Counted from the first letter of the stretch, positions 8,043-16,852 are shown. The stretch: DNA of 26,465 bases from a bacterium (GCA_030648695.1 JAUSHG010000036.1:1-26465), one strand, 5' to 3'. The notes: generated by a model not told the origin, from the sequence alone. Translations and numbers: made by a program.

Positions 8043-8135
8043 GGGTTCCGCTCGGAAGAACCTTGCACAGCGCAACGGCGCGAGCAGAGCAAATTTCCAG
8101 CAGGAAATTATGCGTGTTCTCTCCGAGCAGAACCC
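8043..8135. repeat. Inverted-repeat element downstream of ruvC
   Basis: gggttccgctcggaagaac (8043-8061) is an imperfect inverse of gttctctccgagcagaaccc (8116-8135); small internal hairpin aatttcc-agca-ggaaatt. Confidence 0.65.
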
Positions 8136-8140
8136 GAGTG

Positions 8141-8149
8141 TTATCCACA
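8141..8149 (+). promoter_or_regulatory. Perfect DnaA box
   Basis: TTATCCACA, just upstream of a TTGCAA-16-TACAAC promoter-like sequence (8161-8188). Confidence 0.55.
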
Positions 8150-8250
8150 TATCCACTTGCTTGCAAAACCTTTTTGATTTGGTACAACTTAACGCATTAG
8201 TAAGGGGACTGATGAGAAAAGATATTACTACTTTAATACAACGCACTATT

Positions 8251-8364
8251 ATGGATATGGACGACGCAGGTGCGGGAGGTGCTGCTGACGCTCCCGAAGG
8301 AGAGGAAAAGGAGGTTGACCCGGATGTACTTGAAGACACGTTTGATGATGTGGACAATCTGTAG
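8251..8364 (+). CDS. Small, highly acidic hypothetical protein (37 aa)
   Basis: MDMDDAGAGGAADAPEGEEKEVDPDVLEDTFDDVDNL; has an upstream promoter-like sequence and a downstream terminator. The ORF-track start at 8110 runs through the repeat and promoter. Confidence 0.6.
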   Translation: MDMDDAGAGGAADAPEGEEKEVDPDVLEDTFDDVDNL

Positions 8365-8407
8365 GAGACGCGAAACTGAAGCGAAATGGGAACGCAAAAC
8401 TGACGCA

Positions 8408-8437
8408 AAAATACCCGACCAGATGGTCGGGTATTTT
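8408..8437. terminator. Bidirectional intrinsic terminator between the small acidic ORF and tyrS
   Basis: aaaatacccgacc-agat-ggtcgggtatttt perfect 13-bp stem with A and T tracts on either side. Confidence 0.8.
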
Positions 8438-8483
8438 GTTTTAAAGAGTTTAGTGTCGGTTCCGCGTGTATGTTTGGCGTCTG

Positions 8484-8527
8484 CCCCGATGCCCATGGGG
8501 TCGGGGTCCCGACCGAAGCGTCGGGAT
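8484..8527. repeat. Two tandem CCCGA...TCGGG mini-palindromes abutting the tyrS stop codon
   Basis: ccccgatgcccatggggtcgggg and tcccgaccgaagcgtcggga. Confidence 0.7.
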
Positions 8528-9739
8528 TTAGCGGATTCTCACGAAGCGATGTTTTCCGAGACGATATTCGCCTGCGGAAGCGCGTTCCATAAATTCCACT
8601 CCCACCTTTTCCCCTTCCGGAAGTTTACTCACCGCACCCTCATCAATGAGCCGCCGAAGGTCTGACTTTGACGAAATAATTTCTTTCTCCATAAGCGCCT
8701 CCACCACTCCCCTCCCGCGGAGCACGACGTCAACAAATTCCGTCGGAGCTTTATCGCGAAAGGCGCGCGTAAACTCCGCCTCTGCCTTTTCCCCCGCCTT
8801 TGCGCCGTAATAGAGCGCTACGACTTCTCGCGCCAACCGTGCTTTGAGGTCGCGGGGATTTTTTCCGGAAGAAAGCTCCTGTCCAATTTCCACAACGGAA
8901 GAGAGGGGCACGGTGGTAAGCAATTCAAACCCCGGTAGAATCATTCCGTCAGGCCAGCTCATTATCTTTCCGTACATGTCCTCCGCACTGTCCTCAAGTG
9001 TCACCATGTTACCTTCGCTCTTCCCCATTTTTTTGCCTGTCGGGTCAACGAGAAGCTTCATGACCATGACGAACTTCTCCTTATTCTTCATTTTACGCAT
9101 GAGGGTCCGTCCTGCGAGCATGTTGAAGGTCTGGTCGTTGCCCCCGAGCTGTATATCCACGTCCATAGTCACTGCATCATAGGCCTGAAAGACGGGGTAC
9201 AAAAATTCATTTCCATGAATTTCCTTGCCTTGTTTAATGCGCTCCTGAAACATGTCACGCTCAAGAAGTTGGGAGACGGTAAAGAGTGAGACCAATTTCA
9301 AAAAATCGGCGGGTTTTAGCTTGTTGCTCCACTCTTCATTGTCCAAAAACTTGAGGTGAGTTCCCCGTACATCAAGGATCTTACCGATAAGGGTACGATA
9401 CTGTGCCGTATTCTTTTTGATTTGCGCCGGTGTAAGCGGCTGGCGCGCGGATAATTTGTCCGTAGGGTCGCCTATCTGCGCCGTGAACCCGCCATAGAGA
9501 ATAATGACCTCATGTCCCAACTCCTGAAATTGCTTCAGCTTAAGCAGGTTAACGGCGTGCCCCAGATGCAGTGTCGGTCCGGTCGGGTCAATGCCATAGT
9601 AGAGCGAGAGGCGTTCCCCGCTTTTGAGACGCGCTTCAAGCGCTTCGCGCGCAGGATATATACGCTCCACTCCGCGTGTGAGGAGTTCGTTGATTTTTCC
9701 GCTGTCGGTGCTTACCTCTTTTTTACCGAAAAAATTCAT
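8528..9739 (-). CDS. tyrS: Tyrosine--tRNA ligase
   Basis: GIDPTGPTLHLGH (HIGH motif), YPVFQAYD, GGNDQTFN, KMGKS (KMSKS motif), S4-like C-terminus. Confidence 0.97.
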   Translation of the reverse strand: MNFFGKKEVSTDSGKINELLTRGVERIYPAREALEARLKSGERLSLYYGIDPTGPTLHLGHAVNLLKLKQFQELGHEVIILYGGFTAQIGDPTDKLSARQPLTPAQIKKNTAQYRTLIGKILDVRGTHLKFLDNEEWSNKLKPADFLKLVSLFTVSQLLERDMFQERIKQGKEIHGNEFLYPVFQAYDAVTMDVDIQLGGNDQTFNMLAGRTLMRKMKNKEKFVMVMKLLVDPTGKKMGKSEGNMVTLEDSAEDMYGKIMSWPDGMILPGFELLTTVPLSSVVEIGQELSSGKNPRDLKARLAREVVALYYGAKAGEKAEAEFTRAFRDKAPTEFVDVVLRGRGVVEALMEKEIISSKSDLRRLIDEGAVSKLPEGEKVGVEFMERASAGEYRLGKHRFVRIR

Positions 9740-9864
9740 ACGGTAACTTTATCACAGCGAAAACGTCTTGTCTTATAATGAACCGAGAAGAGGTTAAAAG
9801 AAACTTCGCGTTTGTTTTGCGTCATGTTTAGCGTCTGTTTAGCGGCTATGCTAGGATAATCTGC

Positions 9865-12384
9865 ATGCACCCGAGGCATCACAAACGCAAACTTATCCGC
9901 GGAAGCGCCCTGCTTTTTTCTTCAATCGCCCTCTTCGGGGGCGGCATTTTGGTGCTGTGGATTTCCACCTGGAAGCTTCCGGACGTTGAGGCATTCAGCG
10001 ACCGCAAGGTGACCGAATCAACCAAGATTTACGACCGCACGGGAGAGGTGCTGCTCTACGACTTAAATGCCGGCGCCAGACGCACGGTTATTCCCTACAC
10101 GGATATTTCACGGCATATAAAAAACGCCACCGTAGCAATTGAAGACGATACCTTCTGGCAGCACAAAGGCATCCGGTTCAAATCAATTGCACGGGCCGTC
10201 ACCGCCAACTTTGTGAAAGGAAACCTTCTTGGGGGGCAGGGCGGCTCCACCATCACCCAGCAGGTGGTAAAAAACACTCTGCTTACCAACGAAAAAAAGG
10301 TATCCCGAAAGCTCAAAGAGTGGGTGCTTGCGCGCAAGCTTGAACAGACACTGGATAAGGAAACCATTCTTTCGCTCTATTTAAATGAGGTACCCTACGG
10401 CGGCACGGTCTATGGGATTGAAGAGGCCGCGGAAACCTTTTTCGGAAAAAGTGCGAGTGACGTTTCGGTTGCCGAAGCCGCTTATCTCGCAGCTCTCCCC
10501 AATGCCCCCACCTACTTCTCGCCGTACGGAAATCACCGAGACGCGCTTGAAGACCGAAAAAATCTGGTGCTCAGCCGGATGAAAGAAATCGGCTTTCTCA
10601 CCGAAGAAGAATACGAGGACGCGAAAAAAGAAAAAGTAACCTTCAAGCCGCCTTCGGAAACCGGCATTCTCGCCCCCCATTTTGTATTCTTCGTTCGCCA
10701 GTATTTGGAGGAAAAGTACGGGCTGGACGCACTCTCGCAGGGAGGCCTGCGCGTTACCACCACCCTTGACTATGACCTCCAGAAAATCGGAGAAGGAATT
10801 GTCCGTTCGCACGCGCTCAAAAACAAGGAAAATTTTGACGCGGAAAATGCGGCGCTCGTTGCCGTTGACCCCAAGACCGGACAGATTCTCACTATGGTCG
10901 GCTCACGCGGATATTTTGACAAGGAAATCGACGGAAACGTAAACGCCACGATTGCCCTCCGCCAGCCGGGTTCGGCCTTCAAGCCCTTTGTCTACGCACG
11001 GGCACTCTCCGAAGGATACCTCCCCGAAACAGTAGTGTTTGATGTGCCGACAGAGTTCTCAACCGCCTGCAGTGTGGAAGGAAACCCCGTTGCGCCGGCA
11101 ACCGAAAAGGACTGCTATCGCCCGATAAATTATGATGAGAAATATCGCGGCCCGATTTCTTTCCGTGATGCCCTCGCTCAATCAATAAACATTCCCGCCA
11201 TCAAGGTGCTCTACCTTGCCGGCCTCAAGGACTCCCTCGCCCTTGCGCAGGACATGGGTATTACCACCCTCTCCGATGCTTCCCGCTACGGCCTTACTCT
11301 CGTGCTTGGGGGCGGAGAAGTGAAGCTCCTTGAGCTTACCGGCGCGTACGGCGCTTTTGCCGCGGAAGGTCTCAAACGCACGCCGACAGGCATCCTGCGC
11401 ATTGAAAGCAAAGACGGACGGGTGCTTGAGGAGTGGAGGGACGACGCGGTGCGAGTGCTTGAAGAAAAAACCGCGCGGCAAATCACTGACATACTCTCCG
11501 ACAACAGGGCGCGTACCCCCGGATTCGGAGCAAACTCTCCGCTTTATTTTCCGGGGCGTGATGTGGCGGCTAAAACCGGAACCACCAATGACTACCGCGA
11601 TGCGTGGATTGTCGGATATACTCCGACCCTTGCCGTCGGAGCATGGGCGGGGAACAACGACAACCGTCCCATGCAGAAAAAGGTGGCCGCCTTTATCGTA
11701 GCCCCTCTCTGGCACTCCTTTATGCAGGAGGCGCTCAAGCGCACGGAAGCGGAATCATTCATCCCTCCGCCCCCAGTGGATACTACCGGCCTTCCCCCGC
11801 CTATCCGCGGCATCTGGCAGGGAGCACGGACTTACTTTGTGGATAAATACACGGGACTTCGCGCGACTGAATTTACTCCTCCCGAACTGCGCGAGGAACG
11901 CGCCATCCGCGAAGTGCACACGATTCTCTACTGGATAGATAAAGATACTCCGCTGCAACTCCGAACCACCTCTCCCGAAAGCGACTCGCAGTTCTCGCAC
12001 TGGGAGTATGCCGTGCGCGCGTGGGCCGGAAGTGCAAATCTTCCCGACCAGACCGAGTCAGTTATACCAACCCAAACCGATACCACACACCGTCCCGAGT
12101 TTGCGCCGCAAATTTACATCCTCACTCCTGAATCGGGAGCGCGTCTCAACAAAAACAGCCCGTCAATAATCAGGGTAGGAAGCACTTCGCATTTTCCGGT
12201 AGCACAGGTACATTATTTTATAAACAATGTATTCATTGGTTCTGCCACAAGTGTGCCGTGGGAACTTCCCTTTACTCCTGTCGATATTCCCGGCATTCTC
12301 CCCCAAAACGAGCTTAAGGTGATTGCCACAGATATTGTGGGAAACTCCGGACAAGCATCGGTTACTTTCTCAGTAACCGAGTAG
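9865..12384 (+). CDS. Class A penicillin-binding protein (transglycosylase plus transpeptidase, C-terminal Ig-like domain)
   Basis: N-terminal TM segment, AIED, GGSTITQQVVKN, RKLKE, RQPGSAFKP (SxxK), SIN, KTGT. Confidence 0.95.
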   Translation: MHPRHHKRKLIRGSALLFSSIALFGGGILVLWISTWKLPDVEAFSDRKVTESTKIYDRTGEVLLYDLNAGARRTVIPYTDISRHIKNATVAIEDDTFWQHKGIRFKSIARAVTANFVKGNLLGGQGGSTITQQVVKNTLLTNEKKVSRKLKEWVLARKLEQTLDKETILSLYLNEVPYGGTVYGIEEAAETFFGKSASDVSVAEAAYLAALPNAPTYFSPYGNHRDALEDRKNLVLSRMKEIGFLTEEEYEDAKKEKVTFKPPSETGILAPHFVFFVRQYLEEKYGLDALSQGGLRVTTTLDYDLQKIGEGIVRSHALKNKENFDAENAALVAVDPKTGQILTMVGSRGYFDKEIDGNVNATIALRQPGSAFKPFVYARALSEGYLPETVVFDVPTEFSTACSVEGNPVAPATEKDCYRPINYDEKYRGPISFRDALAQSINIPAIKVLYLAGLKDSLALAQDMGITTLSDASRYGLTLVLGGGEVKLLELTGAYGAFAAEGLKRTPTGILRIESKDGRVLEEWRDDAVRVLEEKTARQITDILSDNRARTPGFGANSPLYFPGRDVAAKTGTTNDYRDAWIVGYTPTLAVGAWAGNNDNRPMQKKVAAFIVAPLWHSFMQEALKRTEAESFIPPPPVDTTGLPPPIRGIWQGARTYFVDKYTGLRATEFTPPELREERAIREVHTILYWIDKDTPLQLRTTSPESDSQFSHWEYAVRAWAGSANLPDQTESVIPTQTDTTHRPEFAPQIYILTPESGARLNKNSPSIIRVGSTSHFPVAQVHYFINNVFIGSATSVPWELPFTPVDIPGILPQNELKVIATDIVGNSGQASVTFSVTE

Positions 12385-12497
12385 TTTAAAGTTAGAAGTT
12401 TTAAGTTCCGCTCGCTGCACTCGCTGTAAGTTTCTGACTTACCAACTTACAACTAAAGCACCTGCCTGCTGCAGGCAGGAAGCGTAACTTATAACTA
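12382..12497. repeat. Empty inverted-arm element (AAGTT/AACTT family) with two nested inserts, between the convergent PBP and dnaN genes
   Basis: An aagtt array and an aactt array, interrupted by ccgctcgctgcactcgct and by the palindrome cctgcctgc-t-gcaggcagg (12461-12479). Confidence 0.85.
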
Positions 12498-12498
12498 T

Positions 12499-13596
12499 TC
12501 ACCGGTTCATCGGCATCACGATGTACCGAAATGACCGGTCTCCGACTCCGGAAATAAGCAGTGGCTTGTTCTCTCCGCTCCAGCTCATGGAAATGCTGTC
12601 CCCTTGTATTGCCGCGAGACAATCCTGAATGTACCGGTGGTTGAAATTGGCTTTGATATCGCGGCCGGAAAGCGCTGCGGATACGGCAAAAGACCCCTCT
12701 CCCGCTTCGGCGCTGCGGGCGGCGAGTTCCAGCGTTTTTTCGCCCGGGAGAACCTGGATGTTTAATTGGTTGAAACGGTCGGAGAACAGCGAGGTTACTT
12801 TGAGTCCGGTGGCCAAATCTTCTTTGAGCATGACCGCTTCCGTGGTCTGCTCCTTGGGGATAATCTGTTTATAGTCGGGAAACGTGCCCTCCACCAAGCG
12901 GGAGGTCACAAACATGGACGGGGTTTCGAGGGTGAGCTTGCCGCCTCCCACGCGGAAGGTCACCTCATCTTTTTCCTCCTCCAGGAGGCGCATGAATTCA
13001 GCGGCGTTTCGGATAGGCACCAGAATTCCCTCCGTAATGAGCTCTTTCTTGACCGGAATCTGTTTTTCAGCCAAGCGGAACGAATCGGTTGCAGCAAAAA
13101 AAAGCGACCCGTTTTCCTGGTACAGGTACACGCTCCCGAGTTCGGGTTTCAGATTGCCGACAGCTCCTGCGTAATGCACGGCTTTGAATCCGGCGAGAAG
13201 CGCACGGGGGTCTGCACTGCTCCCCTCTCCCTCGGCTTTGGGTACGGTGGGGAAATCATCCGGAGAACCGGTGTGCATGAGCGATTTGGTGTTTCCTCCT
13301 CCCACAAGCAGTTTGCCGTCCTTTAATTCCATCGTGATACTTTTAACATTCCGCAGGTTGGAAATAAACGAAAGCAACACCGCGGACGGAGTCGTGAGTT
13401 CCCCTTCGCGCCCCACCTTGGCGGGAGCAAAGCACTCAATCCCCATTTCCAGATTCGTGGCGCGCACGGTAAGCGTCCCGCTTTTTGCGGAAAGCAGTAC
13501 GTGGGAAAGAATCGGAAGGGAAAGATGTTTGCTGGTGAGACGTCCCGCTTTGGTGAGAAGTGTCAGCAGCTTTTCGGTTATTATCTCTATCTTCAT
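12499..13596 (-). CDS. dnaN: DNA polymerase III beta sliding clamp
   Basis: LPILSHVLL, ATNLEMGI, ATDSFRLAE, SRLVEGTFPDYKQIIP, YIVMPM. Confidence 0.97.
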   Translation of the reverse strand: MKIEIITEKLLTLLTKAGRLTSKHLSLPILSHVLLSAKSGTLTVRATNLEMGIECFAPAKVGREGELTTPSAVLLSFISNLRNVKSITMELKDGKLLVGGGNTKSLMHTGSPDDFPTVPKAEGEGSSADPRALLAGFKAVHYAGAVGNLKPELGSVYLYQENGSLFFAATDSFRLAEKQIPVKKELITEGILVPIRNAAEFMRLLEEEKDEVTFRVGGGKLTLETPSMFVTSRLVEGTFPDYKQIIPKEQTTEAVMLKEDLATGLKVTSLFSDRFNQLNIQVLPGEKTLELAARSAEAGEGSFAVSAALSGRDIKANFNHRYIQDCLAAIQGDSISMSWSGENKPLLISGVGDRSFRYIVMPMNR

Positions 13597-13796
13597 ATTA
13601 AAGAAAGTAAACTACTATTAAGAAGGGTGTGGATATGGGGAAATCTGCGGCGTTCGGCAAAATAATGTGTCTTGTAAGTGTTTTTAGGAAAAAGAAAAAA
13701 AAGAGAGTGTGTACAACTGGTGTGAAAAAATAGGAGAAAATGTGGATAGAAACTCCCGGAGCTTTTTTGTTCACTTATTCCCCACTACTGTCCACA
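13597..13796. promoter_or_regulatory. Probable chromosomal origin of replication (oriC), a DnaA-box cluster
   Basis: Lies between dnaA and dnaN. DnaA-box-like 9-mers: tgtggatat 13628-36, tgtgtacaa 13708-16, tgtgaaaaa 13721-29, tgtggatag 13741-49, ctgtccaca 13788-96. A/T-rich tract at 13675-13705. Confidence 0.8.
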
Positions 13797-15137
13797 TCAT
13801 AGCAACGCGCGAATTTGGTTTATTTCATGAAGGAGGTCAGGATTTTCCCGGATTTCATTTTTTATTTTCTCACATGAATGAATCACCGTCGTGTGGTCTC
13901 TCCCCCCGAGCTTCTGTCCGATGAGCGGATAGGAGATGCTGCAGTCCTCGCGGAGAATGTACATGACGAGCTGCCGCGGCTTCACTACTTCTTTGCGCCG
14001 CGTCTTCTCGTAGATATGGTTTTCTTCAATGCTGTAGAAGTCCGCAACTACCTTGGTGATATCTTTAATGGAGATGGCCTTCTTCGGCTTGCTCGTGTTC
14101 TTGAGAATGGTTTTTACCTCAAGCACGCTCAAGTCCCGTCCTTTCACCTGCGTTTGCATCATGATGGAGTTCAAAATCCCCTCAATTTCACGGACATTTC
14201 CCTCCAGAGCGGTGGATATGTAGTCAGCGACATCGTCGTGGAGCGGGAAACGAAGCATCTGCGCCTTGGTTTTGAGTATGGCAATGCGCGACTCCCTGTC
14301 CGGCGGAGGGATGTCCACAATCATACCCGCGGCAAAGCGCGATTTGAGGCGTTCCTCAAGGTTTTGAATGTAGTTCGGGTGCTTGTCCGAGGAGAAAATA
14401 ATCTGCTTGTTGTGTGCGTATAGGTCATTAAACAGATGAAAAAGCTCTTCCTGGCTTTTTTCCTTGCCGGAGAGAAACTGGATATCGTCCATGATGAGGC
14501 AGTCGTACTGGTGGTACCGGTCCTTGAACTGACCGATGCGTCCCTGCTGGACCGAGGTGACATAGTCCTGTGAGAATTTATCCGAGGTGACGTAAAAGAT
14601 TTTGTGCCCCGCGAAGTTTTTCTTCATGTGATTCCCCACGGCCTGCAGGAGATGGGTCTTTCCGTGTCCGGTGCCCCCATAGACAAAGAGAGGATTATAC
14701 GTAATGCCCGGCTTCGCCAATATGGCGAGGGAGGCCGCATGCGCAAGTTCGTTGAAAGGGCCCACCACGAAGGACTCGAAGGTGTAGCGCGGGTTCAGGT
14801 TGCTTTCCTTGTCCACGTAATATTCCTGCAGCGGCAATTCCTGAATGCGCATCTCCCCCATGACACCGCCGTCCTCTTTTTTCTTCGCGTCTTCCTTGGT
14901 AACTACATATTCAAGCGCTCGCACATGTTCCGACAGGTTTCGGAGAGAGCGAAGGATAAATTTGTGATATTTGTTGAAGAGCCAGTCCTTCACAAAGGCG
15001 TTCGGGACCGACAGATGCACGACACCGTCCTCTACTTTGAGAATAGAGGTATCTTTAAACCACGTACTGAAATTGGCCTTTGACACGGCGAGCTCTATCT
15101 CGGTAAGTGCGCCTTTCCACATGCTTTGAGTATCCAT
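13797..15137 (-). CDS. dnaA: Chromosomal replication initiator DnaA
   Basis: LNPRYTFESFVVG, YNPLFVYGGTGHGKTHL, MDDIQF, RLKSRF, GNVREIEG, GGRDHTTVIHS. Confidence 0.99.
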   Translation of the reverse strand: MDTQSMWKGALTEIELAVSKANFSTWFKDTSILKVEDGVVHLSVPNAFVKDWLFNKYHKFILRSLRNLSEHVRALEYVVTKEDAKKKEDGGVMGEMRIQELPLQEYYVDKESNLNPRYTFESFVVGPFNELAHAASLAILAKPGITYNPLFVYGGTGHGKTHLLQAVGNHMKKNFAGHKIFYVTSDKFSQDYVTSVQQGRIGQFKDRYHQYDCLIMDDIQFLSGKEKSQEELFHLFNDLYAHNKQIIFSSDKHPNYIQNLEERLKSRFAAGMIVDIPPPDRESRIAILKTKAQMLRFPLHDDVADYISTALEGNVREIEGILNSIMMQTQVKGRDLSVLEVKTILKNTSKPKKAISIKDITKVVADFYSIEENHIYEKTRRKEVVKPRQLVMYILREDCSISYPLIGQKLGGRDHTTVIHSCEKIKNEIRENPDLLHEINQIRALL

Positions 15138-15160
15138 ACTTGTGTAATCCCCAATCCGGT

Positions 15161-15221
15161 ATCTTTCATCCTTAACAGGAGGGAGTTTCTTTGTTAAAGA
15201 TTAAGGATTAACGATTAAAAG
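15161..15221. repeat. TTAAC-family heptamer element in the dnaA leader
   Basis: ttaaaga-ttaagga-ttaacga-ttaaaag with a short partner arm atctttcatccttaaca. Confidence 0.7.
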
Positions 15222-15298
15222 TTCTTTTAGGTGGTACTAGTATATACTCATTACGGGCGCGCGGAACTTGTAAAAAACCAAGGGTTGTGTTAATAATA

Positions 15299-15318
15299 TG
15301 TGAACAGTTTGTGAACAA
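15299..15318. promoter_or_regulatory. Two DnaA-box-like sites in the dnaA-rpmH divergent region
   Basis: tgtgaacag (15299-15307) and tgtgaacaa (15310-15318), one to two mismatches from consensus. Confidence 0.5.
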
Positions 15319-15323
15319 CTATT

Positions 15324-15391
15324 CACTTTTGACGATTGACTTTTAACGCGTCTTTCACCTGTTAAAAGTTAATGGTTAAAGGTTAAAAGTG
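15324..15391. repeat. Empty inverted-arm element (TTAAC family) upstream of rpmH
   Basis: cacttttgac...acttttaac pairs with gttaaaagt...gttaaaagtg. Confidence 0.8.
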
Positions 15392-15398
15392 TTTTTGT

Positions 15399-15548
15399 AT
15401 GAGCTTCACCTATAAACCAAAAAGGAAAAAAAGGGCGCGCACGCACGGATTCCGCTCCCGCATGAAGAGTGCAACCGGAAGAGCGGTACTCTCCCGCCGG
15501 CGCCGCAAAGGCCGCCACACACTGACCGCAAGCCGCAAGCGTACCTAA
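15399..15548 (+). CDS. rpmH: 50S ribosomal protein L34
   Basis: Manual translation [49 protein letters not shown]; canonical position between dnaA and rnpA. Confidence 0.97.
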   Translation: MSFTYKPKRKKRARTHGFRSRMKSATGRAVLSRRRRKGRHTLTASRKRT

Positions 15549-15558
15549 CGGTCATTGT

Positions 15559-15637
15559 TAACTATTAACCATTAACTTTTGACTTTTAACAGCCCGAAAA
15601 CTTTCTGTTAAAGGTTAATTGTCAAAAGTTAATAGTT
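15559..15637. repeat. Empty inverted-arm element (TTAAC family) between rpmH and rnpA
   Basis: taactattaaccattaacttttgacttttaacag pairs with ctgttaaaggttaattgtcaaaagttaatagttg. Confidence 0.85.
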
Positions 15638-15648
15638 GCGCAAGCGCC

Positions 15649-15984
15649 ATGCTCCCCAAAAAACGCCGGCTTCTCGCTTCCCATTTCGCTCCGCTTCAAA
15701 AGGGGCGGCTTTTTTCAAGCCAGCATTTCTCCCTGCGCATCGCACCGGGAAAAGCCGGAGATTCCCTGCGTGCGGCGGCGGTTGCCGGCAGTGGCGTGGC
15801 GCGGAAGGCGCACGAACGCGCACTGTTGCGCCGTCGCATCTACGCGGTCGTGCGGGAGGTGATTCCGGCAAGCGCGGAAGGACTGCATCTGGCAGTATTC
15901 GCCCGCAAAGGCGCACCCGCTCTTTCTTTTCAGGTAGTACGAAAAGAACTCGGCTCACTTCTGCGCGGAGCCCTGCGGTTGTGA
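15649..15984 (+). CDS. rnpA: Ribonuclease P protein component
   Basis: MLPKKRRL start, AVAGSGVARKAHERALLRRRIY (RNR-motif equivalent), synteny after rpmH. Confidence 0.9.
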   Translation: MLPKKRRLLASHFAPLQKGRLFSSQHFSLRIAPGKAGDSLRAAAVAGSGVARKAHERALLRRRIYAVVREVIPASAEGLHLAVFARKGAPALSFQVVRKELGSLLRGALRL

Positions 15985-16013
15985 GGGTACCTGTCCTGCG
16001 CTAGAATGGGGGC

Positions 16014-16760
16014 ATGTTCGCCCTGCTTAAGAGTGTTTTCTATATTCCTCTCTATAACGCGCTCATTCTCCTCATAGGAAGGATGCCCGGTTTTGGAGCG
16101 GGCGGGGCGGTGATTCTCCTCACTCTGGCCATTAAAATCATTCTCTTTCCGCTTTCACAGCGCGCCTCAAAGTTCCAATTTGAGATGAAGGCGCATGAAG
16201 CCGAGCTGAACCGCATTAAGGAGCGCTTCAAGGGAAATCGCGAGGAGCAGGGCCGCGCCATACTCGCGTTCTACAAAGAGAAAGGCATCAACCCATTCAT
16301 GGGCATTTTGCCTGTGCTCATTCAAATTCCCATTGTTATCGGACTCTATTATGTGTTCTACAAGGGAGGATTGCCGGGGGTAAACGAAGAACTGCTCTAT
16401 TCGTTTGTCCCGGTTCCCCCCGTTGATATGCATTTTTTCGGGATAGACATCTCGGAAAAGAGCATACTGCTCGCGGTATTGACCGGCGCCTCGCAATTTT
16501 TGCAGGGGCATTTCGCCTCCCCTCCTCCGCCCGCACCAAGTTCGGGAAAACCCTCATTTCAGGAAGACCTTGCTAGGGGCATGCGGCTTCAGGTAAAGTA
16601 TGTTCTGCCTCTGATTATGGCCTTTGTGGCCTATCAGGTGTCGGGAGCGGTAGCGCTGTATTTTATTACGAGCAACCTGTTTACCGTTTGTCAGGAGCTC
16701 TACCTACGCAAGAAGTTTAAGAAGGAGGGACATCTGACGCATCGGGGAGCATCCGACTAA
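16014..16760 (+). CDS. yidC: Membrane protein insertase YidC/Oxa1 (short form)
   Basis: AVILLTLAIKIILFPL, YKEKGINP, LIQIPIVIGLY, ALYFITSNLF. Confidence 0.95.
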   Translation: MFALLKSVFYIPLYNALILLIGRMPGFGAGGAVILLTLAIKIILFPLSQRASKFQFEMKAHEAELNRIKERFKGNREEQGRAILAFYKEKGINPFMGILPVLIQIPIVIGLYYVFYKGGLPGVNEELLYSFVPVPPVDMHFFGIDISEKSILLAVLTGASQFLQGHFASPPPPAPSSGKPSFQEDLARGMRLQVKYVLPLIMAFVAYQVSGAVALYFITSNLFTVCQELYLRKKFKKEGHLTHRGASD

Positions 16761-16850
16761 TCCGAATGTTCCGAATATCCGAATGGTTACGAATGCAGTC
16801 CTTCTTATTCGCAGGTATTCGTATATTCGTAGAGATTCGTAATTCGTATT
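16750..16850. repeat. Empty inverted-arm element (CGAAT family) between yidC and jag
   Basis: A ccgaat array (16750-16795) and an attcgt array (16807-16850); the yidC stop lies in the first arm and the jag ATG follows the second. Confidence 0.85.
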
Positions 16851-16852
16851 GT

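Noticed and set aside
2862-15984. Alternative genetic code (UGA as Gly, found in some CPR lineages)
   Set aside because: TGA terminates tsaE, dnaN, dnaA and rnpA at plausible family C-termini, consistent with the standard bacterial code.
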